Shown here piece by piece: positions 53,795 through 64,000 of a stretch of DNA of 64,000 bases. The notes below the pieces were generated by a model. The model had not been told where the DNA came from. It saw only the letters and a program-made list of their open reading frames with translations, and did no database searches. The stretch spans positions 4,084 through 68,083 of the forward strand of contig DATJXB010000069.1 in assembly GCA_035500755.1 (NCBI GenBank), in the 5' to 3' direction. This DNA comes from Thermoanaerobaculia bacterium. Its GTDB lineage: Bacteria > Acidobacteriota > Thermoanaerobaculia > UBA5066 > Gp7-AA6. Position numbers and translations under genes: made by a program. Position 1 is the first letter of the stretch; each line of letters begins with the position of its first letter.

Positions 53795-54499
53795 ATGACC
53801 GAAAACGCGACGCATCCCGTGTTTCGTATCTGCGACCTGCCACTGGAGGAGCGCCCGCGGGAACGACTCTGGCGCCTGGGGCCCGGGTCTCTCTCGAACG
53901 AGGAGCTCCTCGCCCTGCTCCTGCGCACCGGGATCCCGGGCCTGAGCGCTCTCGATCGGGCGCGGAGCCTGCTCGCGACGCGCGGCGGGCTGACCGGCCT
54001 TTCGGGGTTCTCGGCCGCGGAGCTCTCGGGCGAACGCGGCCTCGGCCCGGCCCGAGCGGCGGCGATCGTCGCCGCGCTCGAGATCGCGCGGCGGATTCCC
54101 GCCGAGACGCTCGCGGGCAAGGACCTGTTCAACGAGCCGCGCCTGGTCAAGGAGTTCCTGCGGGCGACCCAGGGCGACGACGCGCAGGAGCGCACGGGCG
54201 CCCTGTTCCTGAACGCGCGCAACCGGCTCCTGAAGAACGACCCGGACATCTACCGCGGCACCCTCGACCGCGCCGTCGTCGAGCCGCGCGAGATCCTGCG
54301 CCGGGCGCTCGTCGGCCGCGCGGCGGCGGTGATCCTGTACCACAACCATCCCTCGGGGGATCCGACGCCGTCGCGCGAGGATCGCGAGTTCACCCGTCGC
54401 CTTGCCTCGGCTTCGGAATCGGTCGGCGTACGGCTGCTCGACCACATCGTGGTGGGGCGCGAAGGCTGCGTCTCGTTCCGGGAGGCGGGCCTGCTGTAA
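53795..54499 (+). CDS. radC: RadC-like JAB-domain protein (UPF0758)
   Basis: The internal ATG 53795 gives a typical N-terminus (ERPRERLWRLGPGSLSNEELLALLLRTG). JAB motif LYHNHPSGDPTPSREDREFT. Confidence 0.88.
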   Translation: MTENATHPVFRICDLPLEERPRERLWRLGPGSLSNEELLALLLRTGIPGLSALDRARSLLATRGGLTGLSGFSAAELSGERGLGPARAAAIVAALEIARRIPAETLAGKDLFNEPRLVKEFLRATQGDDAQERTGALFLNARNRLLKNDPDIYRGTLDRAVVEPREILRRALVGRAAAVILYHNHPSGDPTPSREDREFTRRLASASESVGVRLLDHIVVGREGCVSFREAGLL

Positions 54500-54552
54500 T
54501 GGCCGGCCCCGATCGAGCTCGACCTCTTCTGAGATATCGTTCGCCCCTCCCG

Positions 54553-56502
54553 ATGAAGACGTTCTACGCGACGACGCCGATCTACTACGTCAACGACCTG
54601 CCCCACATCGGGCACATTTACACGACGGTCGTCACGGACGTGGTCACGCGGTTTCGGCGGCTGACGGGCGAGCCGACGCGCTTCTTGACCGGCACCGACG
54701 AGCACGGGCAGAACATCGAGAAGGCCGCGGCGGCTCAGGGCATCGCGCCCCTCGCGCTGGCCGACCGCGTCGTCGAGCGCTACCGAGAGCTCTACCGCAC
54801 GTTCGAGATCCGGAACGACGATTTCATCCGGACGACCGAGCCGCGGCACCGGCGGGGTGTCGAGGCGCTGATCGCCCGGATCGAGGCCGCCGGCGACTTC
54901 TACACGGCGAAACACGAGGGCTGGTACTGCTCGAGCTGCGAGGCCTTCTACACGGAGAAGGAGCTCGATGCCGAGAAGCGCTGTCCGGTCCACGGGAAGG
55001 CGACGACCTGGGAATCCGAGGAGAACGTCTTCTTCCGCCTGTCGAAGTACGCCGAGCCGCTTCTGCGGCACTACGAAAAGCATCCGCGGTTCGTCCGCCC
55101 CGAGAGCCGTCTCGCCGAGGTGGTCTCGTTCGTGCGCGGCGGCTTGAACGACCTGTCGGTCTCGCGCTCGAAGGTCCAGTGGGGGATCCCGTTTCCGGGG
55201 CACCCGGGGCACGTCGTCTACGTCTGGCTCGACGCGCTCGCCAACTACATCACCGCCCTCGGCTTCGGCGCCGCCGACGACCGCCACTACCGGGAGTTCT
55301 GGGACCGCCCGGACGCCGAACGCGTCCACTTCATCGGCAAGGACATCCTGCGCTTCCACGCCGTGTACTGGCCCGCGTTCCTCCTGTCGGCGGGCCTGCC
55401 GCTGCCGACGACGGTGTGGGCCCACGGTTGGTGGCTGCGCGACGCCCGGAAGGTCTCGAAGTCCGTCGGCAACGTCGTGCGCCCCGACGCGCTCGTCGCC
55501 GCGTTCGGCCCCGACGCCTTCCGGTACTTCCTGCTGCGCGAGATGGCCTTTGGCCAGGACGCGAGCTTTTCGGACGAGGCGTTCCTGACGCGCTACAACG
55601 CCGACCTCGCCAACGACCTCGGCAACACGGTGTCGCGCGTGGCGGCACTCTGCCGGCAGTCGTTCGGCGCAACGCCCAACCAGGTCGACAGCGACAACGA
55701 GGTGCTTCAGGCCTTCGGCGAGGCCGCAGGCGACTGGCGCGCCGCGATGACCGACTGCCAGTTCAACCGGGCGCTCGAGGCCGTGTGGAAGCTGCTGACC
55801 GCGGTCAACGGCTGGGTCGTCGCCAAGGAGCCCTGGAAGATCCGCAAGCAGGAAGGCGCCGACTCGGCGCGCCTGCACCGGGTGCTCTCGGCGGCGGCCG
55901 AAGGGGTGCGTCTGTCGGCGGTGATGCTGTCGCCGTTCGTCCCCGCGACGAGCCGGAAGATCTTCGAGACGTTCGGCCTGCCGGCGGCCGACCCGACGGC
56001 GGCGGATCTGGCCTGGGGCGGACTGCCCGTCTCGGCGGCGATGCCCGAAGCGCCGGCGCTCTTTCCACGGGCGGATGCGGCGGCGTATCTGCAAGAGGAG
56101 AAGGAAGGACCCATGAACGATGCGGCGAATCCCGCGGCCCCTCCCACGCCGGCGCCGGCCGCCCCTGCGGACGACCGGATCGCGATCGAGGATTTCCAGA
56201 AGGTGCGCCTGCGCACCGCGACGATTCTCGTCGCCGAGCGCGTGCCCAAGTCGAACAAGCTGATGCGCCTCGAGGTCGACCTCGGCGGCGAAAAGCGGCA
56301 GATCGTGGCGGGGATCGCCGCGCAGTACGAGCCGGAGCAGCTCGTCGGCCGCAACGTCGTCGTCGTCGCGAACCTGAAGCCGGCGAAGCTGATGGGTGTC
56401 GAGTCCAACGGCATGGTCCTCGCGGCGTCGGTCGGCGAGGCGGGCGCGCCGGTCCTGCTCGACGTGCCCTCGGACGTCCCGCCGGGCAGCAAGGTCAAGT
56501 AG
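54553..56502 (+). CDS. metG: Methionine--tRNA ligase with C-terminal tRNA-binding (Trbp111-like) domain
   Basis: The internal ATG 54553 starts MKTFYATTPIYYVNDLPHIGH (HIGH motif). KMSKS-like KVSKS. Zn knuckle CSSCEAFY...CPVHG. C-terminal FQKVRLRTATILVAERVPKSNKLMRLEVDLG. Confidence 0.95.
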   Translation: MKTFYATTPIYYVNDLPHIGHIYTTVVTDVVTRFRRLTGEPTRFLTGTDEHGQNIEKAAAAQGIAPLALADRVVERYRELYRTFEIRNDDFIRTTEPRHRRGVEALIARIEAAGDFYTAKHEGWYCSSCEAFYTEKELDAEKRCPVHGKATTWESEENVFFRLSKYAEPLLRHYEKHPRFVRPESRLAEVVSFVRGGLNDLSVSRSKVQWGIPFPGHPGHVVYVWLDALANYITALGFGAADDRHYREFWDRPDAERVHFIGKDILRFHAVYWPAFLLSAGLPLPTTVWAHGWWLRDARKVSKSVGNVVRPDALVAAFGPDAFRYFLLREMAFGQDASFSDEAFLTRYNADLANDLGNTVSRVAALCRQSFGATPNQVDSDNEVLQAFGEAAGDWRAAMTDCQFNRALEAVWKLLTAVNGWVVAKEPWKIRKQEGADSARLHRVLSAAAEGVRLSAVMLSPFVPATSRKIFETFGLPAADPTAADLAWGGLPVSAAMPEAPALFPRADAAAYLQEEKEGPMNDAANPAAPPTPAPAAPADDRIAIEDFQKVRLRTATILVAERVPKSNKLMRLEVDLGGEKRQIVAGIAAQYEPEQLVGRNVVVVANLKPAKLMGVESNGMVLAASVGEAGAPVLLDVPSDVPPGSKVK

Positions 56503-56503
56503 C

Positions 56504-57262
56504 GTGCTCGCCGATTCCCACTGCCACCTGCAGATGGGAGACGGCGCGGACGCCCTGATCGAGCGCGCGCGGGCCGCCGGCGTTTCGCGCTTCCTGGTCC
56601 CCGGGACCACGCTCGAGGACTCGGCGGCCGCGGCCGCGATGGCGAGGCCCGACGCCGGGATCTTCGCGGCGGTCGGCGTCCACCCGCACGAGGCGAAGGA
56701 CTTCGACCCGGCGCGCGACGGCGCCGCCTTCGAGGCCCTCGCCCGGCGGCCCGGCGTCGTGGCGATCGGCGAGATCGGACTCGACTTTCACTACGACCAT
56801 TCGCCACGGGACACACAGGTGGCGGTGCTGTCCTGGATGCTGGACTGCGCCGCGCGCCTCGGGCTCCCCGTCCTGCTCCACAACCGGGAGAGCGGCGCGG
56901 CGATGCTGGAGCTCCTGGAGAAGCGCGGCGCCCGCGACCGGGCCGGGGTCTTCCACTCCTTCACCGAGGACGCCGACTTCGGGAAGCGCGCGATCGCGCT
57001 CGGCTACCTCGTGTCGTTTTCGGGCATGATCACGTTTCGGGCGGCCGAGAACATCCGTGCGGCGGCCTCGGGACTGCCCCTCGAAAAGATGCTCGTCGAG
57101 ACGGATACGCCTTTTCTCGCGCCGGTCCCGCACCGGGGAAAGCCGTGCGAGCCGGCCTACGTGGTCGAGACCGCGAAGAAGCTCGCCGAGGTCAAGGGCG
57201 TCTCCTTCGAGACGGTGGCCGAGGCGACGACGGCGCGCTTCGACCGGCTCTTTGCCCGGTGA
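56504..57262 (+). CDS. TatD-family metal-dependent hydrolase
   Basis: GTG 56504 lies 2 nt after the metG stop. Motifs DSHCHL, GVHPHEA, IGEIGLDFHYD, LHNRES, HSFTED, ETDTPFLAPVPHRGK. Confidence 0.9.
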   Translation: MLADSHCHLQMGDGADALIERARAAGVSRFLVPGTTLEDSAAAAAMARPDAGIFAAVGVHPHEAKDFDPARDGAAFEALARRPGVVAIGEIGLDFHYDHSPRDTQVAVLSWMLDCAARLGLPVLLHNRESGAAMLELLEKRGARDRAGVFHSFTEDADFGKRAIALGYLVSFSGMITFRAAENIRAAASGLPLEKMLVETDTPFLAPVPHRGKPCEPAYVVETAKKLAEVKGVSFETVAEATTARFDRLFAR

Positions 57263-57627
57263 GCGCGAGCCGGATCTCGCCCGCCGAGTTCGAGTCCTGC
57301 GTCGAGGAGGCGCTCGGCGCGGTGCCGGCGCCGTTTCGCAAGTACCTCGACAACGTCGTCGTCGCGGTGGAGGACGAACCGACGGACGAGGACTACGACG
57401 AGACCGACACGCCCGACGACGAGGAGATCTTCGGAATCTTCCGGGGCGTCTCCTACTTCGACCGGGCGCACACGGTCTCGAGCCTGCCGGCGCAGATCGC
57501 GGTGTTTCGCGGTCCGATCCTGCGCTGCTGCGCGACGCGCGGCGAGGCCGTGCGCGAGATTCGCGATACCGTCGTCCACGAGGTCGGCCACATGCTCGGC
57601 CTCGACGACGACGAGATGCCGTACTGA
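57259..57627 (+). CDS. Zincin-like metallopeptidase family protein (DUF1025-type)
   Basis: GTG overlaps the upstream stop (GTGA). Acidic central region. C-terminal HEVGHMLGLDDDEM (HExxH). Confidence 0.8.
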   Translation: MSASRISPAEFESCVEEALGAVPAPFRKYLDNVVVAVEDEPTDEDYDETDTPDDEEIFGIFRGVSYFDRAHTVSSLPAQIAVFRGPILRCCATRGEAVREIRDTVVHEVGHMLGLDDDEMPY

Positions 57628-57636
57628 GGAGTCGCC

Positions 57637-58044
57637 ATGAAGTTTCCCGGAAGAAGGTTCGGCGCGATCGCGCTCGGCGCGCTGCTGGCGGCGTCGCTCG
57701 CCCGCGCGGACGACGAAAGGAAGACGAGCCCGACCGTCGCCCGCGAGACGGCCGAGTCGAACGCGAAGACGCCGGCCGGCCGCCGCTACGAGTCGGCGCT
57801 CGAGTCGAGCCTGGACACGTGGTTGAAGCGCGCCATCGACCGCTGCGGCAAGGGCGTTTCGCCCGAGGACGCGGTCTCCTTCGAGGTCTTCGTCCGGATC
57901 AGCGACCGCGGCGAGGCCGAGGAGGTCGTCGTGACGCCCGAGACCGCCGTGTCTCGCTGCGCCGAGCGGGACTTCCGCGACGCCCGTTACCCGCACCCGC
58001 CCGAAGAGGGCTGGTGGGTCAGGGTGCCGATCGAGCTGAAGTAG
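57637..58044 (+). CDS. Small secreted hypothetical protein
   Basis: GAGGAG SD and signal peptide (FGAIALGALLAASLARADD). No family recognised. Its 3' end overlaps the convergent methyltransferase by 26 nt. Confidence 0.6.
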   Translation: MKFPGRRFGAIALGALLAASLARADDERKTSPTVARETAESNAKTPAGRRYESALESSLDTWLKRAIDRCGKGVSPEDAVSFEVFVRISDRGEAEEVVVTPETAVSRCAERDFRDARYPHPPEEGWWVRVPIELK

Positions 58045-58798
58045 CCCCGCGGGGCCTGGCGACGGCGAAGTGGTTCTGGCACACGGCGGGCACCGCCGCA
58101 GCCAGGGCGTCGTCCAGACGGTTCACCGATTTCGTCAACCCGGCGGCGTCCCGCCACGCCGCCGGCAGCCGGCCGAAGAGGTTGCGGGGAAGGAACGCGT
58201 AGCGGCCGCGGACGAGCGTCTCGAAACCCGCCTGCGCGAGAAGCCGTTCGACGTCGGCCGCGGCGTAGCGGAAGCGGTGCGCCGCGTCATGTCCGGGCCC
58301 CGACGGTTTCTTCAGCAGCCGCGCCAGGCCCTCGATGTAGCTGTACCGGTTGGGCAGGTGAAAGCACAGAAAGAGGCCCGAGGGGTCGAGCACGCGCCGG
58401 ATCTCGGCGAGGCTGCCCGCCTCGGTGCCGCCGAGCTCCCGGACGTGCTCGAGGACGCCGACGCTGAACACGGCGTCGAAGGACGCGTCGGGAAACGGCA
58501 GCAGCGTCGGCTCGGACAGGCCGCCCTGGACATACCGGAGGCGCGCGCCGGCGGCGTCGCGGAGGACGTGCGGCCGGTGCTGCAGGGAGTAGGCCGTGAC
58601 GTCGTGTCCCCCCGCCAGGAGAAAAGCGGAGAAGTGGCCGTCGCCGCACCCCCAGTCGAGCACGCGCGCCGGCCGGCGGAGCGCGGCGAGCGTCAGGGCG
58701 TACGGGAGCCGATACTGCTGGGCGATCGACAGGGCCGCGAACTGGCCGAGCTCCCCCTCCGGGGCGGCGCGGCGCTCGGCGTTCAACCGCGCGAACAT
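58019..58798 (-). CDS. Class I SAM-dependent methyltransferase
   Basis: Last 259 aa of the 961-aa track ORF. Motif I VLDWGCGDGHF and motif post-I/II FDAVFSVGVLEHV. ATG 58798 lies just downstream of the pnp terminator. Confidence 0.8.
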   Translation of the reverse strand: MFARLNAERRAAPEGELGQFAALSIAQQYRLPYALTLAALRRPARVLDWGCGDGHFSAFLLAGGHDVTAYSLQHRPHVLRDAAGARLRYVQGGLSEPTLLPFPDASFDAVFSVGVLEHVRELGGTEAGSLAEIRRVLDPSGLFLCFHLPNRYSYIEGLARLLKKPSGPGHDAAHRFRYAAADVERLLAQAGFETLVRGRYAFLPRNLFGRLPAAWRDAAGLTKSVNRLDDALAAAVPAVCQNHFAVARPRGATSARSAP

Positions 58799-58838
58799 CT
58801 CGGCCGCCGCGGCCTCGCCGTCGCGGGCGCGAGCCGCC

Positions 58839-58868
58839 AAAGAAAAGGGCGCGGCCTGCGCCGCGCCC
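58839..58868 (-). terminator. Intrinsic terminator of pnp
   Basis: Read on the minus strand: GGGCGCGGC-GCAG-GCCGCGCCC (perfect 9-bp stem) followed by TTTTCTTT. Begins 29 nt after the pnp stop. Confidence 0.75.
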
Positions 58869-58896
58869 GGTTTCGCGTTCGTGTCGAGCCCCGCGT

Positions 58897-61125
<2,229 letters not shown>

Positions 61126-61164
61126 GGGATTTACCCTTCTCGTCTAATGGCGTCGGGAGGCAGC

Positions 61165-61197
61165 CGGCCGCTTCGGAGCGGCCGCGACGAATCGCGG
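61165..61197 (-). promoter_or_regulatory. Overlapping stem-loops in the rpsO-pnp intergenic leader
   Basis: CGGCCGCT-TCGG-AGCGGCCG (8 bp, 61165-61184) shares nucleotides with CCGCGA-CGAA-TCGCGG (6 bp, 61182-61197). Located in the 107-nt spacer upstream of pnp. Confidence 0.35.
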
Positions 61198-61232
61198 CAG
61201 GGCCGCGCCGGCGTCGCCCGGCGCCGGGTGGA

Positions 61233-61508
61233 CTACTTGCGCAGGCCGAGACGCTCGATCAGCTTGTGGTAGCGATCGGCGTTCTCGCTGCGGAGATACT
61301 CGAGCAGCCGGCGACGGCGCCCGACCATCTTCAAGAGCCCGCGGCGAGAGTGGTGGTCCTTCGCGTTCGACTGGAAGTGCTCGGTCAGGTACGCGATGCG
61401 ATTCGTCAGCAGCGCGACCTGGACCTCCGGCGACCCCGTGTCGCTGTCGTGCGTCCGGTACTGCTCGACGATTTTCGTCTTGCCGGACTCGTATTCGGTG
61501 ACGTTCAC
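61233..61508 (-). CDS. rpsO: 30S ribosomal protein S15
   Basis: [53 protein letters not shown]...ERLGLRK. GTG 61508 is preceded by a GGAGG SD and gives the canonical ~90-aa length. The track start 61538 is longer. Confidence 0.95.
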   Translation of the reverse strand: MNVTEYESGKTKIVEQYRTHDSDTGSPEVQVALLTNRIAYLTEHFQSNAKDHHSRRGLLKMVGRRRRLLEYLRSENADRYHKLIERLGLRK

Positions 61509-61635
61509 CTTGCCTCCAACTTGCCTCTCTACACTCACTACTTTTTATAAGCCGCGAAGACTACCACAGCCCGGGGCGATCAGCCATCGGCTCCCAGCTA
61601 TCGGCCGGAGAAGGACTTAGCGGTCCGGCGGGCGG

Positions 61636-62562
61636 CTACGCCAGCACGATCCGCGGCTTGATCATGGCCACCCCCCGGTTCCCGATGGGGTTGACCTGCC
61701 CGAGCGCCAGCATGTCGTCGCTCGGGCCGACCAGGGTGACCCAGTCGCCCTCCCGGGCGTGCACTCCCCGGGCCGGGACGGCCTGGCCGCGGCGGATCTT
61801 CCAGGCCTCGAGCGAGGCGAGCCGGACGCGCGGGAACGGAAAGGCCACGCGGGCGAGGGGGACGGCGTGCGGCCCGGCCAGCCTCTCCTCCGGTGAGAGC
61901 GCTTCGAAGCGGTCGAGACGGACGGCGTCTTCGATCCGGAAGCCGCCGATCCGGGTGCGGCGGAGCGATTCCAGGTGCGCGCCGCATCCGAGCTTGTCGC
62001 CGAGCTCGCTCGCGATCGAGCGGATGTACGTGCCGGAGGAGCAGGCGATCGCAAACGACAGCGCGCCGCCCGCGGGCTCGCCGAAGGTCAGGCTCGTGAC
62101 GCGGACCTTCTTCGGGAGCGATGGCACGGCCTCTCCCTTGCGGGCCATCTCGTAGAACTTCCGGCCGCCGACCTTCTTGGCCGAGTACGGCGGCGGCGCC
62201 TGCTGGAACTCGCCGCGAAAGCTCTCGGCGGCGGCCGCGATCGCGGGCGCCGTGACGTCCGTGGCGTCGCGCTCGGGGCCGACGGTCTCGCCCTCGCGGT
62301 CGTAGGTCGTCGTCGCGCGGCCGAGCCGGATGACGCCTTCGTAGGACTTGTCCATCAGCGTGAAGAACCCCTGGAGCCGCGCCGCGTTGCCGGCGCAGAG
62401 GAGCAGCAGGCCCGTCGCCATGGGGTCGAGCGTGCCACTGTGGCCGATCCGCGAGAGGCCCGTCGCGCGCCGCGCCCGCTCGACGACGTCGTGGGAGGTC
62501 AGCCCTTCGGGCTTGTCCAGCAGCAGCAGGTAGCCGCGCTGCAGGGGATCGGCCGCCGTCAC
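61636..62562 (-). CDS. truB: tRNA pseudouridine(55) synthase TruB
   Basis: Last 308 aa of the 438-aa track ORF. GYLLLLDKPEGLTSHDVV, catalytic Asp in GHSGTLDPMATGLL, and PPPYSAKKVGG. GTG overlaps the rbfA stop (GTGA). Confidence 0.93.
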   Translation of the reverse strand: MTAADPLQRGYLLLLDKPEGLTSHDVVERARRATGLSRIGHSGTLDPMATGLLLLCAGNAARLQGFFTLMDKSYEGVIRLGRATTTYDREGETVGPERDATDVTAPAIAAAAESFRGEFQQAPPPYSAKKVGGRKFYEMARKGEAVPSLPKKVRVTSLTFGEPAGGALSFAIACSSGTYIRSIASELGDKLGCGAHLESLRRTRIGGFRIEDAVRLDRFEALSPEERLAGPHAVPLARVAFPFPRVRLASLEAWKIRRGQAVPARGVHAREGDWVTLVGPSDDMLALGQVNPIGNRGVAMIKPRIVLA

Positions 62563-62942
62563 GAGGGATCCTCGTCGTCCGGCGCGTCGGCGGCCGGAGG
62601 CAGCACCTGGTGCAGAAGCTCCTCGATCCGCGCGCCGCGCTCGAGCGAACGGTCGGTGACGAAGTGGAGCTCGGGCGCGTACCGCAGCTGGCACCGCTGA
62701 CCCACCTCGCGCCGCAGGAATCCGGCCGCGCGCTTCAGGGCGTCGCCCGCTTTGCGGCGCTCTTCTTCGCCGCCGAGGCACGAGAAGAACACCCGCGCCG
62801 ACTTCAGGTCGGACGGCATCTCGACGTCCGTGATGGTGATCTGACGGAGCTCCGGGTCGTGCGCCTCGAGCAGGAGCAGGCGCGAGAGCTCCGCGCGCAC
62901 GACGTCGGCGACGCGCTGGCTGCGGCGGGTTTCCTTCTTCAT
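62559..62942 (-). CDS. rbfA: Ribosome-binding factor A
   Basis: RVADVVRAELSRLL...ITITDVEMPSDLKSARVFFS...LRYAPELHF is typical RbfA. Position between infB and truB. Confidence 0.92.
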   Translation of the reverse strand: MKKETRRSQRVADVVRAELSRLLLLEAHDPELRQITITDVEMPSDLKSARVFFSCLGGEEERRKAGDALKRAAGFLRREVGQRCQLRYAPELHFVTDRSLERGARIEELLHQVLPPAADAPDDEDPS

Positions 62943-62948
62943 GCCGTC

Positions 62949-63236
62949 TCACACATGGATGAACTCGTTTCGGTAGTCCAGGATCTCGCCGTCCAGGTTC
63001 TCCTCGACGAAGCGCAGCACGTGCTGCAGGAGCGCGTCGAGCGGCGCCTGCTCGCCGCCGACCGCCGCGACGCCGAGGCAGGCCCGCTGGAGGAGGTCCT
63101 GGCCGGCGACTTCCGCGGCGGAGACCTCGAAATCGTTCCGAATCCGCGTCTTCAGGCTCTTGACGATCATCCGCTTCTCCTTCAGGCCGCGGCAGCCTGG
63201 AAGGTGAAGGTCGAAAACGGCGTACGCGATGACCAT
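62949..63236 (-). CDS. DUF503 (YlxP-like) protein
   Basis: 95 aa with LHLPGCRGLKEKRMIVKSLKTRIRNDFEVSAAEV, typical of DUF503. Conserved position between infB and rbfA. Confidence 0.85.
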   Translation of the reverse strand: MVIAYAVFDLHLPGCRGLKEKRMIVKSLKTRIRNDFEVSAAEVAGQDLLQRACLGVAAVGGEQAPLDALLQHVLRFVEENLDGEILDYRNEFIHV

Positions 63237-63246
63237 GTGACGCGAT

Positions 63247-63309
63247 CCGTGAACGGGAACCGGGAACTGATCGCGAGTCGGTTGCCGGTCTACGGTTTCC
63301 GGTTGACGG
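63247..63309. repeat. Inverted array of GAAC(C)G / CGGTT heptamer-like units
   Basis: CCGTGAAC GGGAACC GGGAACT ...TCGCGA... TCGGTTG CCGGTCTA CGGTTTC CGGTTGACGG. The outer ~15 nt can pair imperfectly. Lies in the infB-DUF503 spacer and is related to the 28781-28815 heptamers. Confidence 0.6.
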
Positions 63310-63315
63310 GCGGCG

Positions 63316-64000
63316 TCAGCCGCCCATCACGCCGGCGACCTTCTCGACCTGGAAGGCCTCGATGATGTCGCCGACTTTCACGTCCTGGTACTTTTCGAGC
63401 CCGATGCCGCACTCGAACCCCTGCTTGACCTCCGAGACGTCGTCCTTGAAGCGCCGCAGCGAACCGATCTTGCCCTCGTAGATCACGCGGTTGTCGCGGA
63501 GCAGGCGGACCTGCGCGCTGCGCGGGATCGCGCCCTCGGTGACGTAGCAGCCGGCGACCACGCCGAACTTCGGCACCTTGAACGTGTTGCGCACCTCGGC
63601 GCGGCCGCGAGCCACTTCCTTGAGCGTCGGATCGAGCAGGCCTTCCATGGCCTTCTTGATCTCGTCGGTGACGTTGTAGATCACCGTGTGGAGGCGGATC
63701 TCGACGCCGGCCTTCTCGGCCTCCTCCGCCGCCTTCTTCTCGGGCCGGACGTTGAAGCCGACGATGACCGCGCCGGATGCCGACGCGAGCAGGACGTCGT
63801 TGATCGTGATGGCGCCGACGCCCGCGTGCAGCAGCGAGATCTTGACCTTGTCGTTCGACAGCGCCTTCAGCGACTGCGACAGGACTTCCATCGAGCCCGA
63901 GACGTCGGTCTTCAGGATGATGGGGAGGTCCTTGATCTTGCCTTCCTGGATCTTCGAGAAGAGCTGGTCGAGCGACAGACGCGAGCTCGCGGCCATCGCC
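63316..64000 (-). CDS. infB: Translation initiation factor IF-2, C-terminal part (gene continues beyond the window)
   Basis: [73 protein letters not shown] and [17 protein letters not shown] are all canonical IF-2 C1/C2 domain sequence. The frame is open to the window edge. Confidence 0.95.
   Translation of the reverse strand, partial: AMAASSRLSLDQLFSKIQEGKIKDLPIILKTDVSGSMEVLSQSLKALSNDKVKISLLHAGVGAITINDVLLASASGAVIVGFNVRPEKKAAEEAEKAGVEIRLHTVIYNVTDEIKKAMEGLLDPTLKEVARGRAEVRNTFKVPKFGVVAGCYVTEGAIPRSAQVRLLRDNRVIYEGKIGSLRRFKDDVSEVKQGFECGIGLEKYQDVKVGDIIEAFQVEKVAGVMGG

Noticed and set aside
54250-56816. 786-aa and 369-aa minus-strand ORFs over metG
   Set aside because: They are antisense to methionyl-tRNA synthetase, which is unambiguous (HIGH and KMSKS motifs).

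Overview
This is a gene-dense chromosomal segment of very high GC (roughly 70% by eye). I call about 55 CDS, mostly with short intergenic gaps. Reading by eye, I found no rRNA, tRNA, CRISPR array, transposase or integrase.

The ORF track uses ATG, GTG and TTG as starts and is full of long Arg/Ala/Pro/Gly-rich ORFs. These are antisense or out-of-frame shadows of real genes, as expected at this GC. Several real genes are only the C-terminal part of a longer track ORF.

The protein repertoire suggests an Acidobacteriota-like high-GC diderm; this is inference only. It includes a CarboxypepD_reg-type TonB receptor, a DUF1800/DUF1501 pair, a PD40-amidohydrolase, a propeller-GGDEF protein and SLH-like 'GC...YCP' repeats.

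**Core genes**
- The infB-DUF503-rbfA-truB-rpsO-pnp operon lies on the minus strand at 58.9-64 kb.
- radC, metG, a TatD-family hydrolase and a zincin-like gene lie on the plus strand at 53.8-57.6 kb.
- msrPQ lies at 16.0-17.7 kb.

**Loci worth a second look**
1. 27.3-35.7 kb: a TetR-controlled divergent island with two choline-monooxygenase-like Rieske oxygenases, an animal-type betaine-homocysteine methyltransferase homolog, two flavoprotein oxidases and an APC permease. No Rieske reductase gene is present. I read it as a putative methylated-amine (betaine-type) catabolic system.
2. 19.8-27.3 kb: a cell-surface cluster containing DUF1501, an IPT+SLH-like+DUF1800 fusion, a divergent secreted protein with the same SLH-like triplet, and a PKD/Pro-Thr-linker/CuA-like cupredoxin protein.
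3. 49.3-53.7 kb: an RsbW-like kinase and STAS antagonist with no sigma factor, apparently co-operonic with a CrtE-like prenyl synthase and a membrane AlkP-like protein.
4. 5.5-8.6 kb: a Cpx-like arrangement of HK-RR divergent from an LTXXQ protein.
5. 17.8-19.1 kb: an orphan two-gene cassette.
6. Heptamer (TGAACCG)n repeats at two intra-operon spacers.
7. Two genes (msrQ and the prenyl synthase) whose conserved N-termini have no canonical start codon upstream, only CTG.

Translational coupling is common. Four-nt stop/start overlaps occur at 6163, 29927, 32336, 43188, 49788, 51033, 57259 and 62559 (GTGA or ATGA).
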